Origin: Rebecca billardiae RCC1528
Taxonomy: Eukaryota > Protista > Haptophyta
Direction: 5' to 3'
NCBI GenBank assembly: GCA_965240325.2
Contig: OZ251224.1
Span: 1,798,001-1,862,000 of the forward strand
DNA length: 64,000 nt
Part shown: positions 11,217 to 21,700 of the stretch, one piece after another
Position numbering within the stretch: the first letter of the stretch is position 1
How the letters are laid out: every line of letters starts with the position of its first letter
The notes under the pieces: model-generated
Databases searched by the model: none
What the model was told of the DNA's origin: nothing
The model's input: the letters and a program-made list of their open reading frames with translations, nothing else
Position numbers and translations under genes: made by a program

Positions 11217-12149
11217 TTACGCTGCGGATGGGAGCGGCTCCGCGAGTGTGCGCGCGTGCATACCCGATGCGCGCTGAGCCTGCCCGATGAACGCGAGACC
11301 AGTGATGATGGCAGAAACCACCGACGCCGTGTAGTACAGCGCCCGCCGCAGTGGCCACACCACGCGGATTTCACCCTGCATGTCCGCCTCGCGCGCCACC
11401 GCGGCCATTGCCCACGCGAGTGAGACCAGGAACGGCACCGGCATCGTCTCGTTTGCCGGGCCCAGCGGCACGGCAAACGCCGCGACGGCGATTGCGAGCG
11501 TGGCGTGCAACGTTAAGAACGCGAGGCTCACCTGCACAGAGAGCGGCGCCGCGTGTGCCACCACCGCGCAATTCCAGTTCACCAGGCAGGCTGCTGCCAG
11601 CCAGCCCGCGTGCAGCGCCACGGGCACGAGCACGAGCACTCGGTCGAGCTCCGCGGCGCCCGCGGCGACAAGGACGTGCGCACACTCGCCCATCGCCAGA
11701 GCGATGCCCGTGAGCAGGAGCGACGCGAGGCCCACCTGCTCCGCAGCAAACGCGATCGCCCACAGCAGCTGCAGGACGTGCCCGACAACCCAGGCCGGCG
11801 AGAGCGCTGCGTACAGCTCCGATGGCGGTGCGAAGAACATGTATGCAACTGCGCTGAGCTCGGAGAGGTAGATCAGGCCCCAAATCGCGAAAGCCCAGCC
11901 TGCGGGGGTCACCAGCGTCTTGTACTTCTGCGATACCTCCTTGTTCGACTTCGTACCCAATAGGCCGAGCGACATGGCGTACACAACGAGCGCCTGCGCA
12001 AGAAACACCGCTGCGTTCACGCTGGTGAAGCTGCGGTACTCCACGCCCGCGAGGGACGCGACGATTGGTGGCACCTCCGCTGCGCTCTTTCGTCGGAACG
12101 AGTCGAACGCCGCGCGGATCAAGTGATACGGCCTCACATGAAGGCGCAT
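11217..12149 (-). CDS. TspO/MBR-related tryptophan-rich multi-pass membrane protein
   Basis: Motifs VSQKYKTLVTPAGWAFAIWGLIY and LHAGWLAAACLVN, with several hydrophobic helices. Start codon uncertain. Confidence 0.78.
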   Translation of the reverse strand: MRLHVRPYHLIRAAFDSFRRKSAAEVPPIVASLAGVEYRSFTSVNAAVFLAQALVVYAMSLGLLGTKSNKEVSQKYKTLVTPAGWAFAIWGLIYLSELSAVAYMFFAPPSELYAALSPAWVVGHVLQLLWAIAFAAEQVGLASLLLTGIALAMGECAHVLVAAGAAELDRVLVLVPVALHAGWLAAACLVNWNCAVVAHAAPLSVQVSLAFLTLHATLAIAVAAFAVPLGPANETMPVPFLVSLAWAMAAVAREADMQGEIRVVWPLRRALYYTASVVSAIITGLAFIGQAQRASGMHARTLAEPLPSAA

Positions 12150-12471
12150 CTGGAATACGTCGGCCACCAACCGTGCACTCGTACGATGGCGACGCGGCTG
12201 TTGCTCGCTGGGACGCTGGCAACTTGGTCAGCAGGTCGTCACCATCAGCGTTGCTCCCTCCAGTCGTTCGCCACTGCCGCCGCCAGGCGGTAATTCCGGT
12301 ACGTGCAAAATGTCAATCGTGCCCAGCAGCCGAGCACGCTGGAGCTTTATGATACAGTGAATCAGGTCGGGTGCGCCAGCGTCCATGCCGCGCGCGTGCG
12401 CAGCGCCTTGCGTGATGCAGCACGCATCGCGCGCGAGCACCCGCCCGTGGCCCGCCGGCTCCGCCCGTCAC

Positions 12472-13560
12472 CTACACCGGCGGCACCTCCACCTCGCCCG
12501 CGTGGTGCCCTCTGGGCACGCCCACCGCCGGCGGCGTGCCGGGCGCGGGCGTTGGGAAGGGCGTGGACATGCGCGGCGCCGCAGCGGCCAGCGGCGACTT
12601 GCGGCCGTTGGCCGCGCCCCGCGGCGCGCCCGGCTTCTTCGCGCCCCAGGCCGCGCGCCAGGCGCGCGTCCGCCGCTCGCCATTGTCGAGCATGTACGTC
12701 TCGTCGTCCATGCTGAACAGCTGCGAGCGGCACCGGCGCGCTCGCCTGTCGGCGTCCACGCGCGCCTCAAAGTCGGCCATCGTCCGGGCGTACGCACTCC
12801 GGTTGGCGCCGAGGAAGATATTGGCGTGGTACTCTATGAACACGTAGTCCACGTCGCAGAACGCGTCCTTGCGCATCAGGTCAGGCACAAGGCGCGCCTC
12901 CTCGCCCTCAATATCCACCTTCATCGCCACCGCGCCGCCACCGCCCGCGCCGCTGCTGCGCGCCCGCCTGCCGATCACGTCGACGAGGAAGCGGCCCAAG
13001 TCCACGCCGCGCACGGTCGTGCGCGTCGGCTCGTGCCCCTGCTTTGCGCCCCGCGAGATGAGCGACGAGCCCATGTCGAGGGCCTCGGTCTCTCCCGCGC
13101 CGTCGTAGTAGAAGAAGGGCACAGGCCCGTCACGCACCGTCGCGGCCGTGCGCGTGAAGAAGGTGACGCGCCAGCCCATCGCGCGGTACGCCGCCTCGAG
13201 CGCGACGAGACGCGGCTGTAGCGTCGGAGTGGGCTCGAAGCCAAAGGCGCAGAGCCGCCCCGCGCGCGCGCGCTCGGCGCGCACCTCGCGTGTGCCGAAG
13301 AGGCGGTCAAAGTAGGGCGCGACGAGCGCGCGCTCGTACAGCTCGGGCTCGAAGAGCTTGCGCACCTGCACGCCGATGTTGGAGCCGACGTCAACGTACA
13401 CGTAGTCGCACCCGTCCGCGATCGTGCCGGCGCGCGCGCCGGCGAGGCTGGTGAGGAGGAGGAGGAGGCCGACGGGCCGCCCGGCCCGCCAGCGCCGTCG
13501 CCATTGCTGGGCGTGCGGCATTTGCGGCTCACGGTTTCTTCGTCGAATCGTCATCGTCAT
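12472..13560 (-). CDS. FkbM-like SAM-dependent methyltransferase with N-terminal signal/anchor
   Basis: YVYVDVGSNIG (motif I), FGFEP and MKVDIEGEE motifs; N-terminal VGLLLLLTSLAGARA. Confidence 0.8.
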   Translation of the reverse strand: MTMTIRRRNREPQMPHAQQWRRRWRAGRPVGLLLLLTSLAGARAGTIADGCDYVYVDVGSNIGVQVRKLFEPELYERALVAPYFDRLFGTREVRAERARAGRLCAFGFEPTPTLQPRLVALEAAYRAMGWRVTFFTRTAATVRDGPVPFFYYDGAGETEALDMGSSLISRGAKQGHEPTRTTVRGVDLGRFLVDVIGRRARSSGAGGGGAVAMKVDIEGEEARLVPDLMRKDAFCDVDYVFIEYHANIFLGANRSAYARTMADFEARVDADRRARRCRSQLFSMDDETYMLDNGERRTRAWRAAWGAKKPGAPRGAANGRKSPLAAAAPRMSTPFPTPAPGTPPAVGVPRGHHAGEVEVPPV

Positions 13561-13668
13561 CGCTCATTCGCCGACCGTTTGCCGACCTGGTACAAAATAA
13601 AGATGACGACGACAGTCCGCAGTTCTTGTGCAGTGTTGGATGGCGTCAATCACGCCTTAACCAAGTGT

Positions 13669-13715
13669 GCACGTTAAAACATAATAAACTGTACAGTTTA
13701 TTTGTTTTAACGTGC
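13669..13715. repeat. 47-bp near-perfect AT-rich palindrome
   Basis: GCACGTTAAAACA(T)AATAAACTGT|ACAGTTTATTTGTTTTAACGTGC, with a one-base bulge. Confidence 0.85.
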
Positions 13716-13999
13716 GTATAAGGCTCACGGTGGCAGGTTGCCGCGCCATCCTTCATCGCACGCTCTCCGAAGAGAGACCTGGAAACTGCGTACTGTAAAA
13801 ACTAAAAACACAGAGTGAAGTGCGTACACTACATGGAGTACATGCACATCCGGGCGTGCTGTAGCGCTGGCATGCAGTGGCTCCCACGGCCCGAGCGGGC
13901 GAGCGGGCGCAAGCCCGCCGAAGCCACAATCCAGTTTGGCACGTCTGAAGAGCAACTATACAGTCAGCACGCTCCGCAGCTAGCTAGCTAGCTAGCTAG

Positions 14000-15475
14000 C
14001 TACCCAGTGCACAGTGACGGTTGCCTGCACGGGTGGTCACGGACAGCCGTGTCACGGTGTCTGGTCAGGGCGCAGCGACAGACCGTCGACGGCTCAGCTG
14101 CATACAGGACCAGCTTGGGCAGGTGCGTCAAGTCTGCCGCGTTGCGCCGTGGGCGACGCGGCCGAGCGGCTGTGGCGCCCGGAGTAGTCGGAGACGAGCT
14201 GGACGGCAGTGCGCACAGCTGGAGCTGAGCCTTTCTCACGGCCGTCGCCTGGATGACCACCTGCCGAAAGCGCAACGCAGCGTCGTGCCCTGCCTGCTGC
14301 GACGAGTCGCCAATCGACGACGCGCGGAGCCGCTTGAAGCCCCTCGATGTCGCTGCGGACTGGACCTCGGTCATGAAGTGGCGCAGGTGGCCGCTCGGAT
14401 CGGGGATGGTCACGCCGAATGCCATCTGTGCAAACGTGGCGCAGTTGGCCGTGAGGTCGTCCGGAAAGTACTGCCCCGTGATAGGATTCGGTTCGAGCGT
14501 GGGGAAGCAGTACTTGTACCCATGCGAGCCATCCGTGATCTGGCTCAGCGCGACGAGGCGCCGATGGATGGCGTCCAACCGGCCTGCATTGAGCAGCTTG
14601 TGACTCTGAAACACATGCGTGTTCCAGCCCTCGTCGCGCGCCTTCTGCCGCGCCGTCTCAAACAGCGCCGTGTCGTCTGTCACGCGCCCAGGGAGGGGCT
14701 GATGCGCCATCAGGTGGGTGATGACGTCTTGCGTCGAGTATCCAGGCGGAACGACGCACTGGAAGCCGTGGAGCGTCTTCCCGCCGTCGGTCGAGAGTGC
14801 GACGTGACCGGACCACAGCCGAGGTTCCTCGTCCTTGATGGCCCTCAGCTGCGCCTGCTTCTCCGGCGGAAGCTCCTTGACCGGTATATCATGCACAGTG
14901 CGCAGCCCGCGAAAGCCATACAGCCGCAGGATCGGCAGCTCCACCCCGCTCACAGCTGCGCGCTCGCGTCGCGTGCCCTCGACGAGGTTCTGCCACGACC
15001 CGCGCTTCTCCATGTGAACCATGGGCGGCAGGCTGAGCCTCGCGAGCCTACTCACGGCGTGCCCCGATTCCAAGGTGCGCATAGACGGTAAGCTTACCGT
15101 GTGCCGCGCGCGCACGGGCTCCCTCGGTCCAAAGTCGCCGGGCATGGCCGAGGTGGGGGGACACGACGTTCGACGGTCTCGGAGGTGTGCCAGCCCGTTC
15201 AGCATTGTCACTGTGCGGGGGAGATCGATTATTGAGATCCAGTTCACGGAAGCGGCCGGAGGAAAGTTCTGCGCAGCGACAGCATGCATGCACCGCGAAT
15301 CCGACCCGAGACAGCGCTCGTGCAAGCGCGCCCTGGGCCTGACGCGGCTGCGCGGCTGCCCTTGCGCTCTTGCGGCACGCCGCAAGCGGCACGCCGCAAG
15401 GCTGGCGGGCATATCACCAGCGGTAAAGACCAGGCTTATTCGCCCTGAGACGAACGGCTCGATGATGGATGCCAC
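14000..15475 (-). CDS. Hypothetical protein; central domain may be a permuted papain-like (His...Asn-Cys) fold
   Basis: 491-aa ORF. The protein-like core PILRLYGFRG...GHVALSTDGGKTLHGFQ...ANCATFAQ is convincing, but the true start is unclear. Confidence 0.6.
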   Translation of the reverse strand: MASIIEPFVSGRISLVFTAGDMPASLAACRLRRAARAQGQPRSRVRPRARLHERCLGSDSRCMHAVAAQNFPPAASVNWISIIDLPRTVTMLNGLAHLRDRRTSCPPTSAMPGDFGPREPVRARHTVSLPSMRTLESGHAVSRLARLSLPPMVHMEKRGSWQNLVEGTRRERAAVSGVELPILRLYGFRGLRTVHDIPVKELPPEKQAQLRAIKDEEPRLWSGHVALSTDGGKTLHGFQCVVPPGYSTQDVITHLMAHQPLPGRVTDDTALFETARQKARDEGWNTHVFQSHKLLNAGRLDAIHRRLVALSQITDGSHGYKYCFPTLEPNPITGQYFPDDLTANCATFAQMAFGVTIPDPSGHLRHFMTEVQSAATSRGFKRLRASSIGDSSQQAGHDAALRFRQVVIQATAVRKAQLQLCALPSSSSPTTPGATAARPRRPRRNAADLTHLPKLVLYAAEPSTVCRCALTRHRDTAVRDHPCRQPSLCTG

Positions 15476-15749
15476 CTTGATGGCCCGTGAGTTGTGCCAC
15501 GCCTAAGTCTGCGAAGCGGCAAAGCCCAGCCACCGGATCGGGCCCTTCAGCCGGCCCGTCTCGTGCGCATTCAAGATCGGAGCATGATCAGCCTGAGGAG
15601 TCATGAGGGCGTTGGACGACGCGTGAGCAAAGCAATAGCATCGCGCAGCAATGTGACCGGCCGCCGTGCGCGCGGCGGCCGGCAGCATCGCCAGCGAGGC
15701 CAAACGAGACGGCGATGCTGCCGGCGGCTGCGCCCGCGGCGGCGACTGA

Positions 15750-18700
15750 TCACTCCTGCGTGTAGTGCGCGCCGCGCGCGCTGGCGCCGGTGGCGCTCGC
15801 GCCGCTCGTCCGAAGGCCGCGCGGTTTCAGGTTGGGCTTGGGCGAAGGGGGCTTGTCGATGCCGTCGATGCCGACCGGCACGGCCTCCCCGCCGCCGATG
15901 CTCACCCGTGTCGAGGAGCCCTTGGGCGTTCCGCCGCCGCCGCCGCCGCCGCCCGACGGCCGCCGTTTGAGCTTCTCTGCGCCCACCTTGGTGCTCGTGA
16001 TCGGGCCGCCGTGGATGCTCTTCTTGAAGCGCCAGTCCTTGGTGCTGATCTTGCCGTCGCCGTCCCGGTCGATGCGCCCGATCAGCAGCTGAATCACCAT
16101 CTCGATCGACTCGGCGAGCGGCCGGCCGTCGCGCGTCTCGTCGAGCATCCAGTCGCGCTCGTTCTCCTCGTTGAACTTGCTGAACGCGTGCTCGCCGCCG
16201 CTCTGCCACAGCGTGTCGAAGAACTTGGCGCAGTTCTTGACCTCGACGCCCGTCTCTGAGGACATCTCGGCGAACATCTCCTTGGTGGGCAGCGGCTTGA
16301 AGACGGCGACGCGGCCTAGCGCCTCGAGGAAGTCGACAAAGGTCATGTGCACGAGCTTGATGCGGCGCGCAACCTGCGTGCGCGCGGCGAGCGCGCGCGC
16401 GCGCGCCCGCCGCCGCCACACGGTGAGCGAGCGGCGCGCGCAGCCGGGCACGGGCGGCGAGGGCGAGGGCTGGCGACGGCACCGGGCCGCGCTCGCGAGG
16501 GACGAGGCCCCGGCGCCGCCCGCGCACGCGCGCACCTCGTCCGCGACGAAGCAGACCGACCAGTGGAAGCAGAGGTACGACTCTCGCTTGGTGAACGCGC
16601 CGTCGATGAAGTCGGCGTCCTTCATCAGCCGGATCCACTCGGAGAGCGACATGTACGCGCCCTTCGCCGACATGCCGCCGTCGGTGTCCTTCCCCGAGTA
16701 CACGCGGTAGATCTCGCGCAGCGACTTCTCGTACTTGAGGATCGTCTGCGCGCGAGCCAGGCGGGGCGCAGGCGCGGCGCGGCGCGGTCGGCGGCGGGCA
16801 GCCTCGAGCGCGCGGCGCGCGCCCGCCCGGGTGCGGCGGCGGCCCGCGGGACCTGCGCCCCGCGCGCGCGCGCGCGCGCGCCGTGCCCGCGGGCGGCGCA
16901 CCAGCTCCGTCTCCTCGCAGTACAGCTGCTCGCGGCGGAAGATGTCGTGGTCGTGGCACGCAAAGTCGGAGACGTTGGGCAGGATGTCCTGGTCGATCAG
17001 CGCCTCGAGCGCGTTGGAGACGTCGCCCATCTTTTTGCTCTTGACGTATTTGGCGATGGCGATGCGCACGACGACCTGCAGCCACTGGTAGCGGAGGAGC
17101 GCGCGGTCGAAGCCGAGCTTCGCCGCGCCCTCGTCGTCCTTCGGGCACGCCGCGATGAAGATCGTGTCCAGGTCGGACTGGCGGCACGTCTTCGACGCCT
17201 GGTCGGGCAGCCTGCACTCCTCGCAGAAGGCGGTGAACTCGTTCATGCCGAGGCAGAAGTTGTCGTAGTAGTCGCCCGACGCGCAGTAGTACGTGAAGAT
17301 GGAGTAGAGGAGCGCGCAGTTCGCCTCGAGCACCTCGCGCACCTCCTCGAGCTCGTCGACCAGCCCCGACTGCCCGTCGTCGTCCTCGAGCGAGATCAGC
17401 CGCTGGAACCGCGCCGAGTTGCACCGCTCCCAGTCGAGCGCAAAGCCGCGCTTGAGCACGCGGTCGGTCGTGTAGTAGGCGCGCGCGTCGCACGCGGGCT
17501 TGCGCGGCGCATAGATGCTCAGGTCGATCTCCCACGCGGCGCGCGGCTCGGAGATGATCTCGATGCTCACGTCGCGCTCGCGCGGCGGCGGCCTGAACGG
17601 CATCGCCACGAGCTGCAGCGGCTCCTCCGCAAGCGTCCCGTACCAGACGTCCGGGTGAGGCACCGGCAGCGTGTGCCGGTCCGGAATCGGCGCGTTCACA
17701 AACACGTGCGCGCGCAGCCCAGGGCGGGTGCGCGCGCTGGGCCGCGGCGCGTGCGGCGGGCTCGGCAGCGCGAGCTCGCCGATCGCCCGCAGCGTCGTCG
17801 GCGCGAGCGCCGAGGGCTCCGCCGGCGCGTCGATCCAGTGCCGCTTCACGCCCGCGTGGTAGCAGCGGATCAGCTCGCCGTTGGGCAGCTCGAACTGGCC
17901 AAACGCGCTCTGCCCGTCGTCGTGCGCGCCGCCGGCCGAGGCGCGGCGGGCGCGCTCGCGGCCGTCGGCGTCGGCGGTGGCGGGCCTCGGCGCCGGCCTG
18001 GCCGACGCGGTGCGCGGCGGCAGCCAGTACCGCGCCTCCGGGTTCGCCTTCCAGCTCGCCATGCTGAACCGAGGGTCCCCGGCAGTCTCGGGAGGGTCGA
18101 CGGTGACGCGCGCCATCGCCGCCGCCATCATCTCCGCCTCGCTCAGCTCCGAGTCGGCGCCGAGCGAGTCGGTGGAGGGCAGCAGCCGCTCGGTGCGCGC
18201 GAAGCGCCACACCGGCCGCCGGTGCGTGCGCGCGTCGAGCGTGAGCACCACGTCGTACTGCCGCACGCCGGCCGGCGGCGAGCCAGGCGGCGCCGCGCCG
18301 GTGGGCGAGGGCGCGCGCTCGCCCGCAGACGCGGCCGAGTCCGAGTCGTCGTCCGCGCCCGCGGCGGCGCGGGCGTGGGGCGCGCTCTCGCTGTTGGCGC
18401 GCGGCGCGGACTTGGACGGGGTGCGCGAGAGCTCGGCGGGCGCGGCCGAGCCGGGCCGCTCGGCTCGCGCGCCGCCGCGCGAGCCGCTCGCGGGCGCCGC
18501 GGCCTCGCGCGCGGGCGCGGGCGGCCGGTCGACCTTCTTCGGTGACTCGGGCCTGCCGGCTGCCGGCGCCGCCACGGCTGCGGCCGCCGGCTTTGGCCCT
18601 CCGGGTGCGGCCGGCGAGGCCGGCGCCTCCTCCTCCGCCTCGCCCTCCGCCGCCTTCTCCTCGAGCGCGATCGACGTGACGGGCGGGAACCAGCGCTCGC

Positions 18701-21700
18701 GCGGCACGCCCAGCCGCTGCGCGTGCGCGCTCTGTGACGGCGGCAGTGCGACGAGGCCGACGCCGCGCGGGCTCGCCGGCGACTTGTGAAAGGTGCGCCG
18801 CGGCGCGCCGAGCGACCAGGCGCGCGAGGCGCCGAGCGCGCCCGGCGCCGAGCGCGCGGCCGCGCTCATCGGCCGCGAGCGCGCCCGCGAGCCCGCCGCG
18901 GACGCCGGGCGCGCGTGCGGCGCGCCCGTGCTCGCGAGCGCGCTGACAAGCGCGCTGTGCGCGGCCGCGTGCGGCGAGGCGGCGGCGTGCCGAGCGCGCG
19001 AGGCCGTCGCTGGGCGCGAGGCGCGCAGGCCGCGCGACGCGCTCGTCGCTGCGCGCGCCACCGGCGGCGGCGCCGCGCCGCCGCCGCCGCCCTCGCCGCG
19101 CGCGCCGCGCGCCGGCGTCGGCTCGGTGCGCGCCGAGCGCATCGATGCTGCCAGCACCGCGGCCTCCCCATCCGGCCCGGGATCGGCCTCGTCCAGCCAC
19201 GGCGGGAGCGAAGCCCACGCGCCGCCGGCCGCGGCAGCAGCCGCGCCCTCGCCGGCGCCGATCGCCGCGGCGTGCCACTCCAGCCACATCGACTCGAAGG
19301 ACGTGCACAGGAACTCGCTGAGCGTCGGGCCCGCGTCGCGCGCGCGCGTGACGGTGGGCGCCCGCGGCCTAGAGCCGCGCTTGCTCCCGAGGCCCGCGGG
19401 CAGCGACGAGCGCTGCTGCTCGAGTACGTGCAGCCAGCCGGCAAACTCAGATTTGGTCGGCGCGCTGAACCCGCCCGCGGCCGCCGCGCGCGCGTCGAGC
19501 GCCGTCGCGGCCACCGCCGCCGCCTCGGCGGCCTCGGCCGCGTCCGCGTCCGCGTCGGCCGCGCCCTGCTCGCCCAGCGCGCCGAGCAGCTCTTCCTGCG
19601 AGCGGAGGGGCGCGGCGTGGAGCTGCGCGTCCTCCGCCCAGCGGCGCGTCTTGAGGCGCAGCTCTGCGCGGTACATAGTGACTCGGTTCTCCGCGTTCGA
19701 CGCGAGGTGCGAGAGCACCTTCGCCGCGAGCCCCGACGCTTCGCCCGCGCCGGGCGGCGGGCGGTCGAGCAGCGCGACCAGCGTCCACAGCCCGTGCCTC
19801 GCCAGCCAGCGCTGGTTCTCCGCCTCGGCGGAGAGGTTGATCAGCGCGCTCAGCGCCTCGGCGAGCAGCGCGCGCAGGTGCGCACGCGCCTCGGCCGCGT
19901 GCGGCCGCGCGCCGCCGCCGTCCGCGGAAGTCGCCGAGTGCATCCCGCCGCCGCCGCCGCCGCCGCCGCTCGCGGAGGCCGGTCGCTGCAGCAAGGACGC
20001 ACCGCCCTCGCCATCCGAGATGGTGAGCGACTCAAAGCCGCTTGGCCGCCACTCGCCACTCGTCTGGTCGGCGAGGCCGTCGGCACGCGCGCCGGCGGCG
20101 GCCGCCGCCGCGCTGGCCGCATCCGCGCCGGCCGGCGGGCCGGACGCGCCGCCGCCCTCGCCGCGTTCGTCGGCGTCGGCGCGCGCGTCAGCGGCGGCGG
20201 CGGCGGCGGCAGCCGCCGCCGCCGCGTCCCGCTCGGCGGCGTCGGCCGCTGCGCGCGCAAACTCTGCCGAGGCATCGCGCACCGCCTGCAGCAGCACTGC
20301 AGTGCCGCCCAGTCGGAGGATGATGCGCCGGCGCTGGCCGAGCGCGAGGTGCGCGAGCTGCCGCGCGCCGTGCCTTCGCAGCTCGGGCGTCCGCCGATCG
20401 GCGACGAGCGCGCACAGAGCCCGCTCCTCCAAGTCTCCCAGTTGGCCTTTGAAGCGGCGCTGCAGCCGCAGGCAGCCGAGCGCGCGCACGGCGGCGCCGC
20501 GCTCGCGCACGGTGCGCGCGCCGTCGGCGCCGACGGCGACGAGCAGCTCGGGCAGCCCGTGCGCCACCACCACGTCCGCCGTCTGCGCGTGCGTGCACAG
20601 CTGCTCGCACAGCAGCGTCATCGCCTCGCTCACGCGCGCGTCCACAGCCGCGAGCGTCTTGAATGGCCGGGCGAGCGCCGGCTCGTCTGCGTCGGCGGCG
20701 GGCGAGGGCGGGCGCAGGGGCGTGCTCGGCGTGCGCGGCGGCGGGCGCGGCGGCGAGCCGGGCGCGCGCGCGCCGCGCTCGTGCCGCCTCGCCTGCTGCG
20801 CGGCCTCCGCCTGCCGCTCGCGCGCGCGCGCGCCGCTGCCCGCGACCGCGAGCGCGCGCGCAAGCCGGAGGCCCGTCGGGGACTCGACGAGCGCGACCGC
20901 GCCCACCGGCGTGTGCACGAGCACGCAGAGGGCCCAGGCGGCCCAGCGGCTGGCGAGCGTGCGCCACGCGGCCGCGTCGCTCTGCCGCGCGTGCCGCTCG
21001 AGCACGGCGCACAGCAGCGGCACCAGGCCGCACCGGACCGCCTGCGCGGCCGCCTCGTCCGTGCGAGCGTACGCCCAGACAGCGCACGCGCCGTGCACGC
21101 ACGCGCTGTCGGTCGGGTCGAGGAGGAGGCCGAGCGTGCGCACGATCTCGTCGGTCATCTCGATCGGGCGGAACCAGGCGCCGCCCGGCTCCGCCGCCTC
21201 GGACGGCGTCGCCGCTTCCGACGCCGGCGCGCCGCCGTCGGCGAGCGGTGCGCCCGCGTCCGCGTCCGCGTCCGCATCCGCATCCGCGTCCGCGCCATCG
21301 CCCTGGGCCGGCGCGCCGGCGACGCTTGCGGCCGCTGAGGCCGGCGCGGCGTCGGCGAGCTCGGCCGCGTGCTGCGCCGCGCGCGCGAGCGCGTCGGCGT
21401 GGGGCTCGGCGTGCGGGCGCTGCTCCACCGCGGGCCGCGCGATCATGTGCATCAGCGCCGCGCTCAGGTTGCGGTAGAGCATTGACTCTGGCGAGCGCGG
21501 CGCGGGCGGCCGCGGCGGCGCGCCGGCGCCGCGCTCGCGCTCGCCGACCGCGGCGGCGATGAGGCGGAGGGCGCGCGCGATGGTCTCCGCGCCGCGGAGG
21601 GGCACGAGCGAGGCCTGCACCCACGCCGTCTGCACCCACTGCGCGAGGATCGCCGCGCAGCCGTCGCACAGCCGCATCCAGTGCTCGTCAAGGTCAAGGG

